DNA of 64,000 nt from an uncultured Actinomycetes bacterium (GTDB lineage: Bacteria > Actinomycetota > UBA4738 > HRBIN12), in assembly GCA_963823255.1 (NCBI GenBank), contig CAWGKU010000004.1, positions 35,112 through 99,111 on the forward strand, read 5' to 3'. This document shows, piece by piece, positions 8,536-17,445 of this stretch (positions are counted from its first letter, which is position 1; every line of letters begins with the position of its first letter). Position numbers and translations under genes: made by a program. The notes under the pieces were generated by a model. It had not been told where the DNA came from, made no database searches, and saw only the letters and a program-made list of their open reading frames with translations.

Positions 8536-11313
8536 CTATCGCTCGGCCAGCTTCCGAGACAGTTCGGTCCGCGACCGGACGCCGAGCTTCTGATAGATCC
8601 GCCGGAGGTTCGCCTCGACGGTGCTGACGCTCAAGAACAGCGCCTGGGCCGCCTCCCGATTGGTGAGTCCGCTCGCCACCAGGTCGGCGACCCTCTGCTC
8701 CGTCGGCGTCAGGCCGACGGGACCGGGAGCCCGACCTCCCACCCTCGCGATCTCGGCCCGCGCCTTGTCCGCCCACAGAGCCGCGCCGAGCTGCTCGAAT
8801 ATCGCCAACGACCGACCGAGCGAGTCCCGCGCGAGCCGCCACTTCTTCGTTCGGCGCAGGGCTTGGCCCTGCGCGAGCAGCGTGCGCCCGAGCTCGAAGG
8901 GCTCCTCCAGGGCTGCGTGATGCTCCAGGGCCCGGTCGAACGCGGCGAGCGCCTCGGGGAGTTCGCCCCGCGAGGCGGCGAGCAGCCCCCCGCTTCGTTC
9001 GGCGGCGGCCAGCGCCCACGACCGCCCAAGCGCCTCGGCGCGAGCGAGGAACGGTTGCAGGAGCGAGTGTGCCTTCTCCGCCTCGCCCAGCGCGATGAGC
9101 GCCTCGATCTCATCGGGCAGGAACCGCAGCATGCCCGGCTCGCCGATCCCGGCCTCGAGTACGCCTTCGGCGAGCGGCCGGAGCAGGCGATCGGTCGCCT
9201 CCGCGTTCCCCAGCGACAGTTCGAGGAATCCGAGCGCCGAGAGGTTGAACTGACCGGCCTGCTTCAGACCGGACTGCCGGGCAAGCTCCAGGCCCTCATC
9301 GGCGGCGGTCCGTGCGGGCTGCTCCTGTCCCCGGTGCGCCTCGATGAGCGCCTTGGCGGAAAGGGCGAGCGCACGGTACGGCTGCTGGCCGGTCCACACC
9401 GTGATGGTGCCGCTCTCGTCCGCGTACCGACCCGCCTCGCTCCAAGCACCGGCCCAGCACTCCAGCAGCGCAAGCATGAACAGGATCACGGCGAGCGAGC
9501 CCTCATCGCCTCCGTCCCGGCAGCGCTTCTCGATGTCCGTCAACGTCGATCTCGCCGCGTCCAGGTCGTCCGTCCATAGCGACACGCAGGCCTCGCGGAA
9601 GGTCGGGCTGCGGAGAGGCCGGAGATCCCCTCCCATCTCCTCGAGCCCCACCGCGCGATTCATCACGCTGCGCTGGGTTCCCTTCCCGGAGACGAAGTCG
9701 TAGAAGGCGACCAACGCGAGACCTTCGGCAAGCATCGACTCGTCACCCTGACCCTCCGCCAGATCCACGGCGGCACGCGCGTGAACCCTCGCGCCGTCGT
9801 GGTCACCGGCTGCCTCCGAGGCCGCTGCGAGCTCCATCTGGATCCGCGTCCTCAAGTCCGGATCCTGCGCCGCTTCCGAAAGGGCCTCTTCGGCGAGTGA
9901 TCGCGCCGAGAGCGCGTCATGGCTGTGGTAGTGGATCCTGGCAAGGAAGAGCAACGCCTCCGCACGCAGCCAGCCGGTGGGAGCAGCCGCCACCGCCTCC
10001 TCGAGCAAGGCGGCAGCCCTGCCCATGTCCGCGGCCTCGAAGGCGTACTGACCGGCGTGCACCGTTCGATGGATCCGCGCCTCGGTGTGTTCGGACGGGG
10101 TCAGCTCGCGAGCGAGCTCCGACAGTTGGGCTGCGGCGTCCGGCGCGCCACGCCCGGCTGCCTTGCGGGCCGCCTCCTCCAATTCCGCGGCGACGCCCTC
10201 GGCCGGACCCTCGGCGGCGAGCGCGAGATGACGCGCCCGCTCCTCCTGATCGACCACGACCGCGGCCAGCCGTCGGTGGACATCTCTCCGTGCCTCTGCC
10301 GAGGACTCCGAGTACGCCACGGTCGCAAGCAGCGGGTGGGTCGATCGGACGCGTCCGCCGCTCCCCTCGATGATGCCGGCCTTGAAGGCATCTTCGATGT
10401 CGTCTTCTGCCGTCGGACCGCCGATCGCTCCCGCGACCAGTGAGACCGTCGGCTGGGACGCGGCCGAGATGACCAGGAGCACCTGCCTGACCGGATCGGG
10501 GAGCTCGGACAACCGATCGGTGACGAGGTCGGAGAGGTTCGACGGGACGGGAAGGTTCGCTTCCGGTACCTTTTCGATCCCACGCCGGACGAGCGCTCGT
10601 CCGAGTTCCAGAGCCAGGAACGGGTTCCCCGCCGACGCCTCGTAGATGCGAAGCAGCAGCGGGCGCGGGAAGCGCGCGGACAACTCAGAGCTCAGCAGGT
10701 TGCGCGTCGCCTGGAGCGTCATCGGCCCGACCATGACCCGTTCGATCCGGTCGTCCGAGAGAGCGCGCTCGAGTCCGAGGGGAAGCGGATGGAGCTCCTG
10801 AGCGCGCACGGTCATGACGAGACCGATCGGTGCATCGTTCAAGCGCCGAAGCGCGAACTCCAGCACTCGGGCCGAGGGCGCGTCCAGCCACGATGTGTCA
10901 TCGATCGCAACCACCAACGGGCCCCCCGAAGCGAGCGCGAGCAGGGCGCCGTGGAAGGCGGTCGAGATCGCCCGCTGGTCGGGTGGGAAGCCGGTCGCGT
11001 CAGCGCGAAGGAGAGCAACCTCGAGGGCCGATCGCTGGGGTGAGGGAAGCCGTTCCAGGCTCTCCTCGACGACCCCTTCCAAGAGGTCTCCAAGAGCGGC
11101 GTAAGAGAGCTTCGCTTCCGACTCGTCGGGTCGACACGAGAGCACCCGATAGGCACGCTCCCTGGCTTGGGAAAGGGCTTCGAGCCACAGGGTGCTCTTG
11201 CCGATGCCCGCCTCTCCGCCGAGGATGAGCGCGACCGGCCCCGAGGGTACGCCTTCCAACAGCCTCGAGACGTGGGCCAGTTCGGTCTCCCTGCCGAACA
11301 GCCCTCGCTCCAT
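8536..11313 (-). CDS. LuxR-family transcriptional regulator with N-terminal AAA/STAND ATPase domain (LAL/MalT-like)
   Basis: Walker A GEAGIGKST, long TPR-like helical middle, C-terminal LuxR HTH (LTPTEQRVADLVASGLTNREAAQALFLSVSTVEANLRRIYQKLGV). I place the start at the ATG at 11313 (MERGLFGRETEL...). Confidence 0.85.
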   Translation of the reverse strand: MERGLFGRETELAHVSRLLEGVPSGPVALILGGEAGIGKSTLWLEALSQARERAYRVLSCRPDESEAKLSYAALGDLLEGVVEESLERLPSPQRSALEVALLRADATGFPPDQRAISTAFHGALLALASGGPLVVAIDDTSWLDAPSARVLEFALRRLNDAPIGLVMTVRAQELHPLPLGLERALSDDRIERVMVGPMTLQATRNLLSSELSARFPRPLLLRIYEASAGNPFLALELGRALVRRGIEKVPEANLPVPSNLSDLVTDRLSELPDPVRQVLLVISAASQPTVSLVAGAIGGPTAEDDIEDAFKAGIIEGSGGRVRSTHPLLATVAYSESSAEARRDVHRRLAAVVVDQEERARHLALAAEGPAEGVAAELEEAARKAAGRGAPDAAAQLSELARELTPSEHTEARIHRTVHAGQYAFEAADMGRAAALLEEAVAAAPTGWLRAEALLFLARIHYHSHDALSARSLAEEALSEAAQDPDLRTRIQMELAAASEAAGDHDGARVHARAAVDLAEGQGDESMLAEGLALVAFYDFVSGKGTQRSVMNRAVGLEEMGGDLRPLRSPTFREACVSLWTDDLDAARSTLTDIEKRCRDGGDEGSLAVILFMLALLECWAGAWSEAGRYADESGTITVWTGQQPYRALALSAKALIEAHRGQEQPARTAADEGLELARQSGLKQAGQFNLSALGFLELSLGNAEATDRLLRPLAEGVLEAGIGEPGMLRFLPDEIEALIALGEAEKAHSLLQPFLARAEALGRSWALAAAERSGGLLAASRGELPEALAAFDRALEHHAALEEPFELGRTLLAQGQALRRTKKWRLARDSLGRSLAIFEQLGAALWADKARAEIARVGGRAPGPVGLTPTEQRVADLVASGLTNREAAQALFLSVSTVEANLRRIYQKLGVRSRTELSRKLAER

Positions 11314-11548
11314 CACCGCTCCCGGTGTGTTCGCCAGCATTATGCAGGTCAGCGACCACAAGTCGCGATGGAGGGGTCCCGCCACCCAGCCATCTCCCGC
11401 ACCGATGAGCGGGGATCGTCACCACGCCCACCCGAGTGCCTGCCCGGAACTCGTGCGCGCCAAACGGATGGGCCAAGCGCCCTACTCGTCCGTACACCTG
11501 ACGATGTGGTCGACCGACCGCGTCGCCACGAGAGAAGGGAGAGCGTCG

Positions 11549-12118
11549 ATGATCAGAGACCGCTCACGAACGATCCGTAGGGGATCGCCGAAGCCGCACC
11601 GTCTCCTGCTGCTCGCAGGTGCCGTGCTGGTGATGGTTCAGCTCACGGCGTCCGCAGCGGGTGCGGCCGGTTCGCACGTCGGGTTCGGGTTCAACGCCCG
11701 CCAGATCAAGGGGTTCCCCACCGGGGAGGTCGCATTGACCGGTGGCGGTGCATTCGACCTCACCGCCGGATCGGTGCACGCCGGCGGTTCGTTCAGCTGC
11801 GTCGCGCAGGTGGACCAGGTGCCGCTCGCGGGGTGCCTGGCGGGGCAGGGCGTGCGGTGGGACGCCGAGGCCCTGCTGTCGAGCACGACGTTCAAGTGCA
11901 CCGGCGCGGCGACCGAGGCCCTCAAGACCGCGAACACGAGCGATCGGACCGTCGTGGTGCAGGCCGACTTCTATCGAGCCGGCGATGGCAACGATGAGTC
12001 GTTCACGGCGAAGATGATCGTCTCGGCCGTGGACATCGCTCCCGACATCACGGGCATCCAAGACGTCTGGGTGCAGGGCGTGGGCTGCACAGACGGGCTC
12101 GTGAACTTCAGCTCCTGA
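11549..12118 (+). CDS. Secreted hypothetical protein (signal peptide)
   Basis: RBS GAAGGGAGAG. N-terminus MIRDRSRTIRRGSPKPHRLLLLAGAVLVMVQLTASAAGAAG followed by a Gly/Ala-rich mature domain. Confidence 0.55.
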   Translation: MIRDRSRTIRRGSPKPHRLLLLAGAVLVMVQLTASAAGAAGSHVGFGFNARQIKGFPTGEVALTGGGAFDLTAGSVHAGGSFSCVAQVDQVPLAGCLAGQGVRWDAEALLSSTTFKCTGAATEALKTANTSDRTVVVQADFYRAGDGNDESFTAKMIVSAVDIAPDITGIQDVWVQGVGCTDGLVNFSS

Positions 12119-12175
12119 TGAACGTCCGAGAGCACCGTTCCATCCGGTGACGCAACACGAGATAGGGAGGTTCGT

Positions 12176-12634
12176 ATGCGAGGGATCAGAGCCACTTCAA
12201 GGATCGGAGTCATCCTCGTCACGGGGGGCCTGTTCGTTGCCCTGACGGGTGGCGCAGCGTTCGCAGCAGGGGGGAGCCCGAACGGCGCTGCGAGCCAACG
12301 GCCCGTCTTCTACGAGGGGAAGCAAGTCACCGTCAACATGTTCGAGGTGCCGTCGTCAGAGACGCTGCTCGATCACAACCGAAGCACCAACACGATCTAC
12401 GCCACGAACGACCTCGACGATGAGCAGGACTTCCTTTCGGTGATCGATGCCATCCAGGGTGAGGGGATGAACCCCCTGTGGCAGCAGGTCCTGATCGTCT
12501 TCAACGACGGATTCACTCCCCACCAGTTCACCTCCGAAGATGAGGTCCTGGCGGCTGCGGCCGGAGCCGATCCTGAGATCACGCTCGTCCCGACGGACGA
12601 GGTCTACCGCTGCTCGATCGTTCGAACGAAGTAG
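12176..12634 (+). CDS. Secreted hypothetical protein (signal peptide)
   Basis: RBS GGGAGG. Signal peptide MRGIRATSRIGVILVTGGLFVALTGGAAFAAGG. 152 aa. Confidence 0.6.
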   Translation: MRGIRATSRIGVILVTGGLFVALTGGAAFAAGGSPNGAASQRPVFYEGKQVTVNMFEVPSSETLLDHNRSTNTIYATNDLDDEQDFLSVIDAIQGEGMNPLWQQVLIVFNDGFTPHQFTSEDEVLAAAAGADPEITLVPTDEVYRCSIVRTK

Positions 12635-12640
12635 CAGGAT

Positions 12641-12694
12641 GACGGAGACAACCCGCCTCCAAGCCAGACCGCAGGAGGCGGGTTGTCTCCGTCA
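12641..12694 (+). terminator. Strong hairpin (perfect 20-bp stem, 14-nt loop) immediately after stop codon
   Basis: GACGGAGACAACCCGCCTCC...GGAGGCGGGTTGTCTCCGTC. No U-tract, so a GC-rich intrinsic-terminator-like element. Confidence 0.6.
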
Positions 12695-12900
12695 CCTTCG
12701 CTTGGTCCGTTGGACGAAGACGTGGAGCCGACTGCGCGATCAGACTGAACAAGAAGCAGATTCGCCCCCGGTGCCACCGTGGCTCGCCTAGCACCCGGTG
12801 ATCTTCATCACCCTCCCGATCGGAAGTCGCGCGTGCGTCCAGCCGTTGTGGAGGGGTAAGCACGCAGAATCCGAGCAAGACAAGCCGAAGGAGGTCCAGC

Positions 12901-13041
12901 ATGGATGATTCGAGCGGCATGCAGCGGCGCAGTGGTTGGACCTGGAAGGTCTGGGTCGGGATCCTGGTGGGCCTGGCGGTCGTGGCCGGGCTCGTCGTCC
13001 TCATCGCGAACGGCGGCGGTGGCTCGGGCGGCATCTACTGA
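12901..13041 (+). CDS. Small membrane protein (46 aa, one TM)
   Basis: Strong RBS GAAGGAGG 6 nt upstream. MDDSSGMQRRSGWTWKVWVGILVGLAVVAGLVVLIANGGGGSGGIY. Below the 60-aa cutoff of the ORF track. Confidence 0.5.
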   Translation: MDDSSGMQRRSGWTWKVWVGILVGLAVVAGLVVLIANGGGGSGGIY

Positions 13042-13213
13042 CGAACCCGTTCGAACCCGGATCCGTGTCGGCCGTGGGATCGGAAACCCCCACGGCCGTG
13101 CCGCACGGCGAAGCGGCGAGAGGTCACGGCCGCGGTTTCCAGGAAGGTGACGGATCCCGTCGGCAACCCTTCGACCCCGCTCGAACGGGACCTCAACTTG
13201 CGCACCTGGCCGG

Positions 13214-13405
13214 TTACGAACCCACCGGGACGATCCTGTACTTCTTCGCGGCGTTCAGCAGGCGTCTGCGCGCCCGCTCCTCGGCGGCGTCGTCTTCGAA
13301 CGCGACGCGATCGAACCTGGCGAGCGCGTTCCGGACATGCGCTTCGTCGTGGATCGGCACGCGGCGGTGACCCTGCGAGTCGCGGCGGTGACCCTGCGAG
13401 TCCAC
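13214..13405 (-). CDS. Small conserved actinobacterial protein with HVRNALARF motif (possibly DUF6582-like)
   Basis: C-terminal ...IHDEAHVRNALARFDRVAFEDDAAEERARRRLLNAAKKYRIV. The start is uncertain (GTG 13405 or 13360). Contains an in-frame 21-bp tandem duplication (DSQGHRR x2). Confidence 0.35.
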   Translation of the reverse strand: MDSQGHRRDSQGHRRVPIHDEAHVRNALARFDRVAFEDDAAEERARRRLLNAAKKYRIVPVGS

Positions 13406-13717
13406 GTACGCGAACGCACGGTCAGGGAGCCCGCCCGCTCTTTCTTGGTCAGCTCCGCCACGCCCGCCCCAACCTCCCTGCACCACCCGCGATTCCCGGG
13501 ATGGATCTCGCCGGAAACGCTCGCGAGACCGCCACGCTACTCCCGGGCGCAGACATCGAGGAAGGCGCACTGCGCCGCTGAACGTCGAACCGACGTGACG
13601 AATGTCACACGACCGGCTTGTGGGCCCGGCCGTACTACCACCAGGTACCGAGGCACGCTCCTGCGGAGGGAACGAGGAGTGGAAGAGCCTGCAGTTGAGA
13701 TGGAAGGAGGAAGAGTG

Positions 13718-14386
13718 ATGTCTGCACAACCTCGATGGGAACAGAGTGAGGAGCGCTTCCGCCCGGCCGAAGTGCCGGCACAGGGAACGCTCGCCGACCA
13801 GGATCGGAACGCGGCGGCTATCGTCACGGTGATCGCGATGGCCAGCATCGCCTCCGGTGCGATCAACATCGCGGCAGCTGCTTCGATCCCCGGCCTCAAC
13901 GGGCAGAGCCTGGCGTTCTTCTGGACGATCGGCGTCGCGCAGGTCGTGTGGGGTCTCGTGACGCTGGTCTGGGCTCCGCGATGGTGGCTCGCGCTCGGCG
14001 CCTTGGGCAACGCGGTCGTCGCGGCGACCTGGCTGGTGTCCAGGACGGTGGCGCTCCCGTTCGGCCAGTTCGCCCACGTCGTGCTGCCCGCTCGGTTCGC
14101 CGATGCCCTCGCCCAGATCCTTGCGGTAGTCGTCGTCATCGGTGCCGCGTGGCTCGCCGTTCGAGGCTCAGCCCCGGCTCGGTCCGCTTCACGGGTGCGC
14201 GGATTCGCGCTCGCGGCCGCCATCGTGATCGGCGCTTTGGGTGTCGCCGGCGTGATCTCGCAGGCCAATGCGTTCGCGTCGGGTAGCGGCGGAGGCGGCG
14301 GTCAGAACGGCCCGAACGCACCCTACGGCGGGGGCGGTGGAGGCGGTTACGGCGGCAGCGGTAGTGGTGGTGGCTACGGCTACTGA
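13718..14386 (+). CDS. Membrane protein (4 TM) with Gly/Tyr-rich C-terminal tail
   Basis: RBS GGAAGGAGG. MSAQPRW..., four hydrophobic helices, and a GSGGGGGQNGPNAPYGGGGGGGYGGSGSGGGYGY tail. Confidence 0.6.
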   Translation: MSAQPRWEQSEERFRPAEVPAQGTLADQDRNAAAIVTVIAMASIASGAINIAAAASIPGLNGQSLAFFWTIGVAQVVWGLVTLVWAPRWWLALGALGNAVVAATWLVSRTVALPFGQFAHVVLPARFADALAQILAVVVVIGAAWLAVRGSAPARSASRVRGFALAAAIVIGALGVAGVISQANAFASGSGGGGGQNGPNAPYGGGGGGGYGGSGSGGGYGY

Positions 14387-14543
14387 CGCCTCCCGCTCGA
14401 CAGAGAATGGTGGCTAGCGGCGCTCGGCCGGATCCGGCCGAGCGCCGCGCTGGCTACCCGCGCGATCGGTCCCGGCAACCCGTAGATCCTTTCGCAAGAC
14501 AGACGGTGCTCTACCCTTCGATCCAGCGATTGTTTCTCGATAG

Positions 14544-14565
14544 ACGGACACACGGTCCCCGCGGT
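14544..14565. repeat. Partial copy of the interspersed repeat core (GACGGACACACGGTCCCCGCGG)
   Basis: Shares ACACACGGTCCCC with 7085 and 55770. Lies in a lower-GC patch. Confidence 0.4.
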
Positions 14566-14794
14566 TCTGACTCGCGGTCCACATCTTCGACGAGAGCGTG
14601 TTTGTCACCTACCCAAAGATTCCTGGGTAGGTCTGAAACACAGGGTTGGTCCGCCCTTCTACCCCTCGGCATGCGATCGGTGACCGCCAGCTGAGTCGCG
14701 TGCTCGCCCGAGCGAGGCAACTCTGTTGCCTCGCTATCCGGACTTTCCTGCAGAGCTCCTAGTCGACTGAAAGGAACAACGGACACTCCGAGCA

Positions 14795-15175
14795 GTGCTC
14801 GTCGGCATGCTACAGGGAGAGCGATCGCTCCCTGGCAATGACGCGGGCCTCCATCTTGCCGAGCGTCCCCTCGATGTTGTCCCGAGTGACTCGGCATTCT
14901 CGGGGATCAGCGAACGGTCGAGCCTGGGCCAAGGAAGTGGGCATTACCCAATCCTTAGGTCGAAGGGTGGATACAGAGCCGCCTCAAATGTCCGACTCAG
15001 CCATGTCCTGTGCAATCAAGAGGATTGGAGCATCCGTGATCGAATATCGACAATGCTCGACGATGGCATGTCCCTCCAAGACATAGCGGACGCCCTGAAC
15101 CAAAGGAAGAGACGCGAGCCCTTCAACAGCATCCTTTGGACGCCAGTGATTGTGCGCACATCGCTGGTGTCCTGA
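14795..15175 (+). pseudogene. Possible serine-recombinase/resolvase C-terminal fragment (decayed)
   Basis: ...GMSLQDIADALNQRKRREPFNSILWTPVIVRTSL resembles the HTH/recombinase-domain tail of serine recombinases (xSLRxIAxxLNxxG...W.....V..IL). No catalytic N-terminal domain. Local GC is lower, ~58-60%. Confidence 0.25.
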
Positions 15176-15311
15176 TGGACTTCGGGCTGACCGGCGGGGT
15201 GAGCCCGCCGGACCCGAGGGCCGGCGGTCCGATGTCGTTCGAGACGTTCAAGCCGGCTCGCTTCGCCATGGGCGACACCGTCCGATACGCCGAGCGGGTC
15301 GGTTCGTCGAC

Positions 15312-15560
15312 ATGGAGCTGCGACCGGATCTCAGCCCCACACGGTTCACGCTGGCGAACGCGGACCTCGAATACCTGGCCCTGCAACCCGAACGCGGCGA
15401 TTTCACCGTCACCCTCGAGCCGGGCACGTACTCCGTCGAATGGTTCCGAGTCGACGGCCGAGAGACGGTCGAGTCCAAGGACGTGACGGTGGGCGCCGGG
15501 GGCCCGGTCCGCGTCCATCCGTCGCTCGACACCGAGCCTTCGGTTGTATTTGCGTTCCGC
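15312..15560 (+). CDS. Hypothetical small beta-rich protein (C-terminus unclear)
   Basis: MELRPDLSPTRFTLANADLEYLALQPERGDFTVTLEPGTYSVEWFRVDGRETVESKDVTVGAGGPVRVHPS has protein-like composition. The frame then runs into the ABC gene without a stop, so a possible indel. Confidence 0.2.
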
Positions 15561-15639
15561 GTAACGGCCCTGAGCGCGCTCGCTGCGTGGCGGCGACGGC
15601 GAGTCGAGAGACCACGCCGTCCCGCATCATGGATGGCTC

Positions 15640-17445
15640 ATGGAGACCGCCGAGGCCGACCGGACGGAACCGGCCCTCGCCGACGGAGGCGAGGGCCCGC
15701 GGGACCTGTTCGGCCGCGGCGTGCGCCTGGTGGTCTCGTACATCCGGATGCACCCGCGGCCGTTCGCGATCGCCGTGTTCGGGGCGTTCCTGTTCGCGAT
15801 CGGCTCCGTGGCGGTCACGGTCGCCCTCGGGTGGGTGACCGACCAGGTCCTGCGGCCGGCGTTCACGCCTGAAGGGGTGGACGCCTCCACCGTCTGGATC
15901 GGTATCGGCGCGGTGATGGGCCTGACCGCCCTACGGGCGCTGGGCATCGGGATCCGCCGCTACTACAGCGGCGTGACGGGGGCGGCCGTGGCCGCGACGC
16001 TGCGCGAGCGCGTCTCGGACCGATACCGCGACCTCGCGCTCTCCTACCACCGCACTCGGCCGACCGGCGAACTGCTCGCGCACATGGAGGCCGATGTCGA
16101 GGCGGCGATCGAGGTCCTCTACCCGGTCCCGTTCGCGATCGGCGTGATCTTCCTGGTCCTGTTCGCGCTCGTCTCGCTGGTGGAGACCGACCCCTTCCTC
16201 ACGCTGATCGGGCTTCTGACGGTGCCTGCGCTCGGTCTGATGAATCGCTCGTTCGCCCTGCAGATGCAGGCTCCGGCCCGGCGGGTCCAGGAGCGGATCG
16301 GCGAGGTGTCCGCCGTGGCGCACGAGTCAATCGACGGGGCGCTCGTCGTGAAGACGCTCGGGCGCGAGCGCGTCGAGGTAGGCCGCTTTCGCGAGAAGGC
16401 CGAGCAGCTGCGGACCGAGCGCGTCGCGGCCGGCTACATCCGCGCCTGGTTCGATGAGGCGCTCGAGGCACTCCCGACCCTGGCCGTGATCCTGATGCTC
16501 GCGATCGGTGCCTGGCGGGTCTCGACCGGCGATATCACGCTCGGGACCCTCGTGCAGGTCGTCACGCTGTTCGGCCTGCTCGCGTGGCCGATGCGCTTCG
16601 TCGGCTGGATCCTCTCGGAGCTTCCGCGGGCCGTCGTCGGCCACGGCCGCATCCTCGAAGTCCTCGAGCAGCCGGACACCATGACGCGGCCGGCTGAACC
16701 CATCTCGCTACCGCCCGGCCTGCTCGATGTCCGGGCCGAGTCACTCACGTACGGCTTCGCCGGCGCTTCCGTGCTCGACGCGGTGTCGTTCCACGTCGAG
16801 CCAAACGAGTCGGTCGCGATCGTGGGGGCCACGGGCGTCGGCAAGTCGACGCTCGCGCAGCTCCTGGTGCGCCTGGACGACCCGGCGGACGGTCGGATCC
16901 TGATCGGCGGCGTCGACATCCGTCAGGTCGACTCCGACGAGCTGCGCCGGGCCACGTCGCTCGTCTTCCAGGAGTCCTTCCTGTTCGCGACCACGGTGGC
17001 CGAGAACATCGCCCTCGACTCCGGCGCGACCCGGGACGAGACCGAGCGCGCCGCCGCGATCGCGCAGGCCGACCGCTTCATCCGAGCACTCCCCCAGGAC
17101 TACGACACCGTCCTTGGCGAGCGCGGGCACACGCTCTCCGGCGGCGAGCGGCAACGCGTGGCGCTGGCCCGCGCGCTGGTCCGGCAGCCCCGCGTGCTGA
17201 TCCTGGACGACGCCACGAGCGCCGTGGACCCGACGATCGAGGCGGAGATCCTGGCCGGCCTTCGGCGGGAGCTGGAGACCACGCTGATCGTCGTCGCGTA
17301 CCGCCTGTCCACGATCCGGCTCGCCGACCGTGTGCTCTTCCTGGAGGAAGGCCGCTTGCAGGCGACCGGCTCGCACGAGCAGCTGATGGCATCCCAGCCA
17401 GGCTACGCTGCGATGATCCGCGCGTACGAGCGGGGCGGGCGATGA
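15640..17445 (+). CDS. ABC exporter, fused permease/ATP-binding subunit (type I exporter, half-transporter 1)
   Basis: Six-TM N-terminal domain plus an NBD with Walker A GATGVGKST, signature LSGGERQRVALARAL and Walker B ILILDDATSAVD. Confidence 0.9.
   Translation: METAEADRTEPALADGGEGPRDLFGRGVRLVVSYIRMHPRPFAIAVFGAFLFAIGSVAVTVALGWVTDQVLRPAFTPEGVDASTVWIGIGAVMGLTALRALGIGIRRYYSGVTGAAVAATLRERVSDRYRDLALSYHRTRPTGELLAHMEADVEAAIEVLYPVPFAIGVIFLVLFALVSLVETDPFLTLIGLLTVPALGLMNRSFALQMQAPARRVQERIGEVSAVAHESIDGALVVKTLGRERVEVGRFREKAEQLRTERVAAGYIRAWFDEALEALPTLAVILMLAIGAWRVSTGDITLGTLVQVVTLFGLLAWPMRFVGWILSELPRAVVGHGRILEVLEQPDTMTRPAEPISLPPGLLDVRAESLTYGFAGASVLDAVSFHVEPNESVAIVGATGVGKSTLAQLLVRLDDPADGRILIGGVDIRQVDSDELRRATSLVFQESFLFATTVAENIALDSGATRDETERAAAIAQADRFIRALPQDYDTVLGERGHTLSGGERQRVALARALVRQPRVLILDDATSAVDPTIEAEILAGLRRELETTLIVVAYRLSTIRLADRVLFLEEGRLQATGSHEQLMASQPGYAAMIRAYERGGR

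Noticed and set aside
14560-14770. RNase P RNA (rnpB) on the minus strand, suggested by the exact GGAAAGTCCGG P4 motif.
   Set aside because: The P4 3' strand (ACAGAAnCCGGCUUA) is not convincingly present: only CAGAACCGCGG is found. The spacing is ~200 nt instead of ~300 nt. Conserved P10-P12 / GGUAAGGGUGAAA regions are absent. This is probably a chance 11-mer.
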